Assembly: GCF_021378375.1 (NCBI RefSeq) | Contig: NZ_CP076228.1 | Span: 60,001-92,000, forward strand | DNA length: 32,000 nucleotides | Direction of reading: 5' to 3' | From: Wolbachia endosymbiont of Drosophila innubila | GTDB lineage: Bacteria > Pseudomonadota > Alphaproteobacteria > Rickettsiales > Anaplasmataceae | Part shown: piece after piece, positions 9,919 through 17,989 of the stretch | How positions within the stretch are numbered: the stretch's first letter is position 1 | Layout of the letters: each line of letters starts with the position of its first letter | Position numbers and translations under genes: made by a program | The notes under the pieces: generated by a model | Database searches by the model: none | The model's input: only the letters and a program-made list of their open reading frames with translations | Told to the model about the DNA's origin: nothing

Positions 9919-11492
9919 ATGATACATTAGAAAAAGAACAGGCTATAAGAGAAAGAGATGCTATGGCGCAAAAGTTGCAAGAGGCAGAACAAAGACTTGC
10001 CAATAATCAGAAGCGCATAGAACATAATGACTTGCACAGTCAACATCCAGAGCAGTATACTACATATAATGGGGAACAGACCTTTTTAAATAAAAGTAAT
10101 AGTGGCGATAGTGGAATATATTTTGATGCAGATGAATCTGAAGCTTTAGGCCAATCTATATTAGAAAATGGAGAAGATATTAATGCACAAGATAAAGATG
10201 GCGTGACCCCTTTACATTATGCTGCTGCATATGGTTGTGTAGAGATTGCAGAATATCTAGTAGAAGGTGGAGCAAATGTTAATGCACAAGATAAAGTTGA
10301 GCATACTCTCTTATATTATGCTCTTGCAAATGACAATAAAAAATTAGCAAAGCTTTTGATAAAGCATGGAGCAGATCGCTCATTGATAAAGGATGAAGAC
10401 CTAATAGATAGACTAAACAGTATGTGTGATCAGCCATCTGAGGTTGTACCTAGTACCTTTTCTCATTCCAAAACACACAACGCAACGGAAACTCCAGAAA
10501 AAGCAGAAAAGGTTGAAAAACGTAAAGCTAAGTTAAAAGAATTACGTACTCAGCTAAAGGATGAGCAGAAAAAGAATGAATTGCTAAAACAAAAAATACA
10601 AGATCTAGAAAGTAAAAACACAACGCTTAATAGTGAATTAGAAAAAACAAAAACTAAAACAGACGAAGTACCATTAGAAAAAGCGCAAAAGGAACTAACA
10701 GAATTGAAAAGTTATATCACTGGACATGGAGCTAGGCTGGACACACTGGAGAAACTCAATGAAGAGAATGAATCACTAAGACAAGAAATAAAAAATCTAA
10801 AAAATGAAAACACAACACTTAAGGGTGAATTAGAAAAAACAAAAACTAAAAAAAACGAAGTACCATTAGAAAAAGCGCAAAAGGAACTAACAGAATTGAG
10901 AAATTGTGTCACTGAACATGAGACTAAATTGGAAGTACTGGAGAAACTCAATGAAGAGAATGAATCACTAGAACAAAAAATACAAGATCTAGAAAGTAAA
11001 AATACAACACTTAATAGCGAATTAGAAGAAAACGAAAATAAGCATTCTAAAACAAAAGTGTTGTTAGAAAAAGCGCAAAAGGAACTAGCAGAATCAAAAA
11101 GTTGCATAGTTGGACATGAGACTAAGTTGAAAGAATTCAATAAAGAGAATGAATCACTAACACAAAAAATAAGAAGTCTGGAGAATGAAAACACACCACT
11201 TGATGGTGAACTGGGCAAAACTAAAACAAATGAAGTGTCACTAGAAAAAGTAGGAAAAAGACAATTTTCCCCAAAAGTTGCCTATGCGAGCCTTGCAGCT
11301 ATGTTAGCAGTAGGTGCTGCTCTTAGTATTGCTTCCGGATTGTCTGCTCTATTAATAGTTGCAGCTTCTGTGGTATCTGCACTGATAGCTGGTGGCATTA
11401 CATACACAATATCAAAACCCATCGCTGAACCAAAACCTACCACTGAATTGAAAGAAGTGAATATTCAAGATTCAGCACAACGGTGTTTGTAA
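9792..11492 (+). CDS. Ankyrin-repeat / tandem coiled-coil protein with C-terminal transmembrane region (candidate host-interaction protein)
   Basis: NAQDKDGVTPLHYAAAYGCVEIAEYLVEGGANVNAQDK...KKLAKLLIKHGADRS; repeated LEKAQKELTELKSYITGHGARLDTLEKLNEENESLRQEIK heptad units; hydrophobic VAYASLAAMLAVGAALSIASGLSALLIVAASVVSALIAGGITYTI. Confidence 0.8.
   Translation: MGAKHQEENSRITPNNKKVYVQDEDEQTSSNSIVNENNTDKVDDTLEKEQAIRERDAMAQKLQEAEQRLANNQKRIEHNDLHSQHPEQYTTYNGEQTFLNKSNSGDSGIYFDADESEALGQSILENGEDINAQDKDGVTPLHYAAAYGCVEIAEYLVEGGANVNAQDKVEHTLLYYALANDNKKLAKLLIKHGADRSLIKDEDLIDRLNSMCDQPSEVVPSTFSHSKTHNATETPEKAEKVEKRKAKLKELRTQLKDEQKKNELLKQKIQDLESKNTTLNSELEKTKTKTDEVPLEKAQKELTELKSYITGHGARLDTLEKLNEENESLRQEIKNLKNENTTLKGELEKTKTKKNEVPLEKAQKELTELRNCVTEHETKLEVLEKLNEENESLEQKIQDLESKNTTLNSELEENENKHSKTKVLLEKAQKELAESKSCIVGHETKLKEFNKENESLTQKIRSLENENTPLDGELGKTKTNEVSLEKVGKRQFSPKVAYASLAAMLAVGAALSIASGLSALLIVAASVVSALIAGGITYTISKPIAEPKPTTELKEVNIQDSAQRCL
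10590..11210 (+). repeat. Intragenic tandem repeats of about 192-198 bp encoding coiled-coil units
   Basis: gaagtaccattagaaaaagcgcaaaaggaactaacagaattg recurs with a spacing of 192 bp (64 aa). A third, more diverged unit follows (TKVLLEKAQKELAESKS). Confidence 0.8.
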
Positions 11493-11640
11493 AATTTAAT
11501 TTGTACACTTGCTATAGATTCCAGCGCGTGACGCTGGAATGTAGTAAAAAGTATTTGTAAGTTACACAGTAGTGTGAATTTTTTACTTCGGTAGTTTTTC
11601 ATTGTCATTATAATCATAATAATAGTTGAGTTTAATTGAT

Positions 11641-11952
11641 ATGAAAACTTTTACGAAAAATTTTAAAAATAACGAAAAAAAGCTAGAGGAGTTTAATAAG
11701 GAAATTGAAGATATAACAACTATAGCTCAAGATAAATTTGCACATGAACTTGAAAATATCGCATATGACAGTGTGCAAAAATTTCGCAGTCTGCTTGCTA
11801 AAGAGTTAAACTCCACCTTCAATAATATTCATTCTCAAAATGTCAATCTACTAAAATCCAGCCTAGTTGAATATGCTATAAGTTCAAATTTTATCAACAA
11901 AAAAGGAGAAACAGCTTTAATACGTTCTCTTCTTAATATATTCATACGATAA
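11641..11952 (+). CDS. Small hypothetical protein (helical)
   Basis: Open frame MKTFTKNFKNNEKKLEEFNKEIEDITTIAQDKFAHELENIAYDSVQKFRSLLAKELN..., upstream of the phage-like cassette. Confidence 0.5.
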   Translation: MKTFTKNFKNNEKKLEEFNKEIEDITTIAQDKFAHELENIAYDSVQKFRSLLAKELNSTFNNIHSQNVNLLKSSLVEYAISSNFINKKGETALIRSLLNIFIR

Positions 11953-12012
11953 AGCACTCAGAGTTGTTGCTGCGCCAATTTAACTTAATGTTGCATGCAA
12001 GCTGCATAGCTA

Positions 12013-12061
12013 AAGTAAGTAAGATTTGCCCCACGCTGTCACGAGGTAAACCTTACTTATT
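12013..12061. promoter_or_regulatory. Imperfect hairpin upstream of the phage-like cassette
   Basis: agtaagtaagatttgcc-ccacgctgtcacga-ggtaaaccttacttatt: arms pair over about 16 bp with G-U pairs. Confidence 0.4.
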
Positions 12062-12092
12062 CTAGCTATATCAAAAAGGAGGGTTATTATGT

Positions 12093-14010
12093 GTGCGCCA
12101 AGAAGTGCGTAAGGAACAGTTGGTGAAAATCCAACACGGGTAAAGCTTAGCCGGCAACCTGGAACAAACCATTATGCTGCGTAAGGTAACGAGCGTAGTA
12201 AAGCTAATGGAATGGACAACATAGGGTGCAACGAAAGTGAAGGTATTGAGTCCCGTAATTCACGCGTCATGGGGGCTGACACTTTACATTTGGTGGAAGG
12301 CAACATGGGTAATAACGCTAAGGCAAGATATTACTCACCTCATCGGGATCGAAGGCCGCGTCATGTGTTGAGATGGACCTTACGTGAACTTGGGAGATCC
12401 TTTGTATTCCTGTAAGGGTACTCTGGAACAAGTCAATAAAGGCGAGGACTGGAGGAAGATGCAAAGGAAGTCGGACTAATTGATAGTACTCGGAGTGTGG
12501 GAAAGCCACATACAAGGGGAAGCGGTTAGCAATATAGTGACTGGTATAGGGATTGCTATACCAATACAACAGAGATTAGAGGAGTATGCAAGGAAAACTA
12601 AACCAGATAGCAGTAAGGGCTAAGCAAGATAAGCGAGTAAAATTTACATCATTAGTTCATTTGATTAATGAAGAGAATCTTGCAGAGTGTTATAAGGAAC
12701 TAAAACGCAACAAGGCTTGTAGTATAGATCGTGTGACAGTGGAAGCTTATGGAGAAAATCTAGAAGAGAAACTTAAAACACTAGTGGATAGTATGAAGAG
12801 AAAACAATATCAACCGCTACCAGTGAAAAGGGTATACATACCCAAAGCCGGGAGCAAAGAGAAGCGCGGTCTCGGAATACCATCAACGGAAGATAAGTTG
12901 GTACAGGTAATGCTAAAGAAGATATTAGAAAATATTTATGAAGCAAACTTTATGGACAGCTCGTATGGATTTCGACCAGGAAGAAATTGTCATCAGGCGA
13001 TAAACGCTCTAGATAAAGCAGTTATGCACAAACCAATTAACTATATTGTAGAAGTGGATATCAAGAAGTTCTTTGATAATGTTCAACATAAATGGCTAAT
13101 GAATTGTCTAAGGGAACGAATAGCTGACCCAAATTTATTGTGGTTAATAAAACGATTTCTAAAGGCAGGAATAGTCGAAGTTGGATGTTATAAAGCAACC
13201 GATCAAGGCACACCACAAGGTGGTATAGTAAGCCCTGTATTAGCTAATATATACTTACACTATGTGCTGGACTTATGGTTTGAAAAGAAATTTAAGCCAA
13301 AAGCCAGAGGATATTTACAGCTAATAAGGTTTTGCGACGATTTTGTAGTTGGCTGCGAGAGGGAAGAAGACGCAAAAGAATTTCTAGAATTACTGAAACA
13401 AAGACTAAGTAAATTTGGGTTGGAAATAGCTGAAAATAAAACAAAAATAGTAAAGTTTGGTAAGAAAGAATGGTATCAAGCAGAAAGAGAGAAACGTAGG
13501 ACGGCTAGCTTCAACTTTCTAGGATTTACACATTATTGTGGAAAAAGTCGTAATGGTAAACTTATGATGAAGCAGAAAACTTCAAAAATAAGCCTAGCCA
13601 GAAAGATTAAAGAAATCAAAGAATGGTTGAAGATGGTACGAAGTCGTATCTGTTTCAAAGATTGGTGGCAGAAACTTAAAAGCCAAACTAACAGGACACT
13701 ATAGCTACTTCGGAGTTAGCGGAAATTATCGGTGTTTGATTCAATTCTATCGACCGGTAACAAAGTTAGCATTTAAGTGGATAAACCGACGTAGTCAAAA
13801 GAAAAGTATGGATTGGGAACAATTTATACACTATTTAAAAGTAAATCCATTACCAAAACCAAAGGTATATGTTTCTTTATACACAGGAGCACTAGTGTGA
13901 ACGCTGTATTGTGGAGCCGTGTGCGGGAAATCCGCAAGCACGGTTCTTTTGGGGAGACTATGGTTATGAGACCAAATCGCTGGTTTCAAGGTCATGAGTC
14001 TCTACCAGAC
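12093..14010 (+). mobile_element. Group II intron, copy 1 (boundaries inferred, possible shift of about 2 nt)
   Basis: 5' end GTGCGCCAAGAAGTGCG (GUGYG consensus), intron-encoded RT, domain V GAGCCGTGTGCGGGAAATCCGCAAGCACGGTTC at 13914..13946, domain VI-like gagact...agtctc stem, end ...CTACCAGAC. Near-identical to 20135..22051. Confidence 0.9.
12586..13900 (+). pseudogene. Group II intron reverse transcriptase/maturase, one frameshift near 13677-13681
   Basis: RT motifs RPGRNCHQAINAL, GTPQGGIVSPVLANIYLHYVLD, RFCDDFVVGC. ORF ends early as LKSQTNRTL at 13704; copy 2 has cttaaagcc where this copy has cttaaaagcc. Confidence 0.9.
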
Positions 14011-14039
14011 CAATAAGATCTACTTCACCAAGAATATCT

Positions 14040-14555
14040 GTGCAACGTAAATCTAAGCCTGAATCTTTTCCAGTTACTTTAGAAGAGGTTAAATCTTTTT
14101 TACGCATTGAGAACGACCAGGATGATAAGTTGATTTCAGATCTAATTTTTATGGCAACTGATTACGCTGAATGGCATATGGAAAAGTCACTGGTGAAACA
14201 AACATGGCAAGTTTCATATGAAGATTATGTACCTCGTAGGATCTATTTAAGCTATGGCCCTGTGAGTAAGATAGTATTGGCTACTGCAATGATGTCTAAA
14301 AATCAAGAGAAGAGTACACTTAAGTATTATTTTAGTGATGTAGGGGGCTATGTTGAGTTTTTCAATTGTTTGAATGCAATAAGAGTTGATGTTGTATACG
14401 AAGCTGGTTATGACAATGTTCCTGAGCAGATAAAACTAGGTATTATGCGGCATGTTTCTGCTCTTTACAAAAATCGTGAATCGGAGGTAAGTAGCCATTT
14501 ATCTGAAGTGAAGAAGGTATATTCTCCATTTCGCGAACCAAAGGTTGTTTTGTAG
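14040..14555 (+). CDS. Phage gp6-like head-tail connector protein (true 5' end probably ATG 12088-12090 joined by intron removal)
   Basis: FPVTLEEVKSFLRIENDQDDKLISDLIFMATDYAEWHMEKSLVKQTWQVSYEDYVP is typical of gp6/gp8-type connectors. In-frame IRSTSPRISVQRKS lies immediately upstream. Confidence 0.8.
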   Translation: MQRKSKPESFPVTLEEVKSFLRIENDQDDKLISDLIFMATDYAEWHMEKSLVKQTWQVSYEDYVPRRIYLSYGPVSKIVLATAMMSKNQEKSTLKYYFSDVGGYVEFFNCLNAIRVDVVYEAGYDNVPEQIKLGIMRHVSALYKNRESEVSSHLSEVKKVYSPFREPKVVL

Positions 14556-14574
14556 CTCTTTCTGGTCATTCAAA

Positions 14575-14635
14575 CTGGGCTACTACGTCATACCGTTACG
14601 GATAGATCTCGCTAACAAGCAGCGGGATGACGAGT
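14575..14635. repeat. Palindromic intergenic repeat unit
   Basis: tacgtcataccgttacggatagatctcgctaacaagcagcgggatgacgag is a degraded, inverted member of the repeat family at 8786-9030. Confidence 0.6.
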
Positions 14636-14661
14636 TTCTATATATCTTTCGAGGGTTAATT

Positions 14662-15072
14662 ATGAAAAAAATTCAAGCTATAAACGAGTTGTACAGTAGC
14701 ATTTATGAAGCACTAAAAGCAAACTCTGATTTAAGGAAATATGTTACTAACATTTATGACTACTTACCTAAACAGGTCACCATTCCTTACCTGAGATTGT
14801 GTGTAGTGAATTATAATAACCTGCATATGCTGTCCAATTTTGCTACAAAGGCAAGATTTTCATGCGACATATATACTTATCATATAGACAGTATGTTTGC
14901 CATTATAAGGCATATTAACTTGATACTTAAGAGCATTGAAGGTTTTAATAATGAGGCCATTTTAGAAAGTAATTGTGCTATGGATCAGCACGATGAAATT
15001 TTACATTCAACAATTAATTTTGATATTTTAATAAAAGGAGGTGATAATGAGCAAATTACAGCTAAAAATTAA
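14662..15072 (+). CDS. Phage/GTA tail-completion-like protein (DUF3168-like)
   Basis: MKKIQAINELYSSIYEALKANSDLRKYVTNIYDYLPKQVTIPYLRL... resembles short tail-terminator proteins; position between connector and major tail genes supports this. Confidence 0.6.
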   Translation: MKKIQAINELYSSIYEALKANSDLRKYVTNIYDYLPKQVTIPYLRLCVVNYNNLHMLSNFATKARFSCDIYTYHIDSMFAIIRHINLILKSIEGFNNEAILESNCAMDQHDEILHSTINFDILIKGGDNEQITAKN

Positions 15073-15436
15073 AGATCATGACAATAATTTTATTGTGTTA
15101 AATAATATAAGAAACCTAAGGTTTACTTTGCGTAATAACAGAGAAGAGGTGAAAGATATTTCTTCTTTTGGCTGGAGGAAAGTGCTCGATTGTGCTGGAA
15201 GCAGACACATTACGATAAAAATTAATGGAATTTTAGACTCTGTATTAGCTGATGAATTATTACGTAATTCTGCTATGCTAAACTCTAATAATGATTATGA
15301 AATTAGTTTTAATGCTAAGGAAAAGATAAGGCTTAGGTGTTCAGTTGAATTGTATGAGAGGTATTATGATCCTGTTACTTTTGACAGCTTTACTGTAGTT
15401 TTAAATAGTGCTGAAGTTGTAAACGCTTTTCATTAA
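15047..15436 (+). CDS. Phage major tail protein, TP901-1 family-like
   Basis: MSKLQLKIKDHDNNFIVLNNIRNLRFTLRNNREEVKDISSFGWRKVLDCAGSRHITIKINGILDS...; overlaps the end of the previous ORF. Confidence 0.6.
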   Translation: MSKLQLKIKDHDNNFIVLNNIRNLRFTLRNNREEVKDISSFGWRKVLDCAGSRHITIKINGILDSVLADELLRNSAMLNSNNDYEISFNAKEKIRLRCSVELYERYYDPVTFDSFTVVLNSAEVVNAFH

Positions 15437-15501
15437 TGTTAATTTAATTTTTTCATATACAATAATAACTGGTGAGAATTTTAACTAAATTAAAAAAAAT
15501 C

Positions 15502-16287
15502 ATGAATGACGAAAACCTTTTCGAGGAAGACGGTGATAATATTGAAGAAAATAACGATGATAAAAGAGAGAGAAGTTTAGAAAATGAAAATCAGCAAAAT
15601 CAAGAAGAACAACACAAAGAGGAAGATAAGCAATACATAATACAGTATATTCAAGACTATTTGAAAGTTTTTGAGGATATTCTAAATCAGGTCGACGAAG
15701 GAATTGATAATTCGGATAGTTACGAAAGGACTATGCAAATAAAGCGAAGCATAGACAGGCTCATAGAGACTTTATATAGTCAGGCTGCGTCCGAAGATAT
15801 TGATGCAGAATTTGAAACTACCAAACACACTCGCGATAAATCAGAATCTATGAAAAGAGTTAGAGAGAAGAGAAGAAAGCAAGTGATAGAAGAAGTATTA
15901 AGTAGCATGTTTGCCCAGCAACAAAAGGAGCTAATGAACGCTAAACACTTAAGTCATGGACATGAAACAGCAAAAGATGGGGATGTCCACGAAGCAAAGG
16001 AAAAAGTGAAGTCTTCAATCAGGGGAGTGTTGTTTTCGGTGATTGCTCATAGGATGGATCCAAGAAGGAGGGCAGGGGAAACTGCTGACGGTAACGAAAA
16101 GCAAGCTCATATATATGGCAGGGAAGCAGTTGGTGGAGCTTTAGGTGCATTGTTAAAAACGTTTTTAACAGCAGTTATTGCCGTTGTGCGTGAAATTGCT
16201 AAGCCACTTCAGAAACCGGAAACATCTTTTGCAAAACAAGTTGAAGAAAGCAGAAACGCAGATTCACAAAAGGGTCGATCTGTGTAG
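15502..16287 (+). CDS. Hypothetical protein at end of phage-like cassette, highly charged with a C-terminal Gly/Ala-rich hydrophobic stretch
   Basis: Long open frame; ATG at 15502 after an extension from 15472. EAVGGALGALLKTFLTAVIAVVREIAKPLQ near the C-terminus. Confidence 0.6.
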   Translation: MNDENLFEEDGDNIEENNDDKRERSLENENQQNQEEQHKEEDKQYIIQYIQDYLKVFEDILNQVDEGIDNSDSYERTMQIKRSIDRLIETLYSQAASEDIDAEFETTKHTRDKSESMKRVREKRRKQVIEEVLSSMFAQQQKELMNAKHLSHGHETAKDGDVHEAKEKVKSSIRGVLFSVIAHRMDPRRRAGETADGNEKQAHIYGREAVGGALGALLKTFLTAVIAVVREIAKPLQKPETSFAKQVEESRNADSQKGRSV

Positions 16288-16560
16288 ATTTCTCCTTGTA
16301 ATAATCTTTCGATTCTACTGTCTGTTAATTCAAATTAGGGTTATAAAATTTTAGAAGCCAGCTCTTATATAACCAATTTATAGCAAGAAATTACGATACA
16401 AAAATCAGCGTCCGTTAGAAAATAAACATAACACAGGGTGATAGAGTTGCCCCTATCCATAAGCGTCAGTTAAGCTCAAAATTGTAAGCTTAAAATATGG
16501 TTAAATAATTATTAATAATAGTATATAATTATTAACGTTTTTCAGGCATTTTTGTTATGG

Positions 16561-16707
16561 GTGCGCCAAGTAAGCGTTTAGAATACAGTTGGTGAAAATC
16601 CAACTTAGGCAAAGTCTAGCCAACAGCCTAGAACAGACCATTATGCTGCGTGAAGTAACGAGCGTAGTAAAGCTAATGGAATGGACAATATAGGGTGCAA
16701 TGAAAAA
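16561..16707 (+). mobile_element. Diverged group II intron 5' fragment (domain I), truncated by an IS3-like insertion
   Basis: gtgcgccaagtaagcgtttagaatacagttggtgaaaatccaac...accattatgctgcgtgaagtaacgagcgtagtaaagctaatggaatggacaatatagggtgcaatgaaa aligns to the 5' end of the full introns. Confidence 0.85.
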
Positions 16708-16729
16708 TGACCTTACCCAGAAAAAGTGG

Positions 16730-17575
16730 AGAGAAAGTGTGGAATGTTTTTTACAAAAAGAATGATGCATCAAATTGTTCTGGAATGCAATAGTTAATAG
16801 TGACGTTGTTTGTTATAAAAAATTTCTATGTATTCAAATATTGCAGTTCTAGTTTGTTGAGCAGAGTGTTGTGAAGTATCAATAAGTATTTCTCTTTTCA
16901 ATGAGCTAAAGAAGCTTTCTGCAACAGAATTGTCGTAACAACAGCCTTTATTACTCATCTATATTCTTTACAGCTAAGAGATATTGATACCCTTGCGCAG
17001 TATATTGTGAACCTTGGTCACTGTGCAGCAGTAGATTTTTAACAGGTTTACGCCTATTAATGGCCATTAATAAAGAGTTCATAACCAATTGTTTATTTAT
17101 TGCACTACTCATTAACTACCATACGTGAGAATTATTGCTGCCAAATATAGCCATCCCTCCTTGGTTTTGATGTAAGTAATCCCATACTTTATTTGGTTGA
17201 TCAACAATAAAGTTTTGATCTAGTATATTGGGAGCTACAGCTCTATTATCTGTTTGTTGTTTTTTAATTTTAAACTTTCTTCTCAGTATAGCCCTGATGT
17301 CATTTTTCTGCATAATACTTTGCACCGTTTTCAAATTGCAACTTTTACCCAAAGCCTTCAATTCAGCATGAATTTTAGGAGCTCCATATCTACATTTAGA
17401 AACTTGATATATTTTTGAATAGCTGCGAGTAGCTCTTTATTTGCTGATTCTCTACTGCTTATTTTTCTTGTGGTCCACTTATAGTAGCCACTAGCAGAAA
17501 ATCCTACATAATTCCTGTACTTTATAGCAGTTACTATATAAAAAAATATTTTACTCTTTTTGACTGGCCAGGGCT
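16730..17575 (-). pseudogene. Degraded IS3-family orfB transposase
   Basis: ORF 17116..17361 encodes KTVQSIMQKNDIRAILRRKFKIKKQQTDNRAVAPNILDQNFIVDQPNKVW, then loses frame; the remaining conserved pieces lie in other frames. Confidence 0.8.
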
Positions 17576-17581
17576 TTTTTT

Positions 17582-17827
17582 TTAATGTCTCTTTCCCTTG
17601 TTACTCTTGCTTTGTAAATCAAACCTCTCTTTGTCATAAGGTGCTACATCTGGAAATGCATTTGCCGCCGACTTTTTTTCGTTGTGTTTCTTTATCCATT
17701 TTCCTAATACACTATCCCTTATTCCTAGATCTCTTGCTACTTTTGCAACTGGTTGACCTACCTTTCTTTGTTCATTTGCCAGTTTAACAGCTTCCAATTT
17801 GAATTCTGCTGTATATTCTCTTACCAT
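17582..17827 (-). CDS. IS3-family transposase orfA-like protein
   Basis: Identical 81-aa translation to 2915..3160. Confidence 0.85.
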   Translation of the reverse strand: MVREYTAEFKLEAVKLANEQRKVGQPVAKVARDLGIRDSVLGKWIKKHNEKKSAANAFPDVAPYDKERFDLQSKSNKGKRH

Positions 17828-17989
17828 TTCTAATCCTCCAAAATTTTATTTTACCCAAAAAAACTCTTTTCTTTCTCTCCACTTTTTCTGGGTAAGGTCA
17901 GTTTACTGGCCTCTCCATGAGTGAGATTGAAAAATTAAGTGTGAACGGTTACCTTGGATGACAGAAAAGAGTGTTGGAAGGAGGCAATA

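Larger units (their letters stand above)
16708..17900 (-). mobile_element. IS3-family-like insertion sequence, copy 2 (1193 bp)
   Basis: Same terminal inverted repeats and near-identical content to 2045..3233. Differs mainly by homopolymer-length changes. Confidence 0.9.

Noticed and set aside
10712-11218. Minus-strand ORF of 168 aa opposite the coiled-coil gene
   Set aside because: Leucine/serine-rich antisense reading of Glu/Lys-rich repeats; a composition artefact.
9190-11492. Toxin-antitoxin or cytoplasmic incompatibility cif-like gene pair
   Set aside because: The ORFs show only ankyrin repeats, coiled coils and a TM-like tail. I see no deubiquitinase or PD-(D/E)xK nuclease-like motifs, and the two ORFs look like one broken gene.
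12212-12569. ORFs 12212..12415 (+), 12318..12569 (-) and the identical pair in the second intron (20254..20457, 20360..20611)
   Set aside because: They lie in the structured 5' RNA region of the group II intron upstream of the RT and repeat exactly with it. Best explained as intron RNA, not protein genes.
12093-13900. Retron or DGR-type reverse transcriptase
   Set aside because: The RT is followed by a clear group II domain V (GAGCCGTG...CACGGTTC) and preceded by a GTGCG intron 5' end. No msr/msd or template/variable repeat is seen.
13813-14016. ORF 13813..14016 and its counterpart 21854..22159
   Set aside because: Covers the intron 3' part (domains V and VI) and overlaps the RT end; chance frame.
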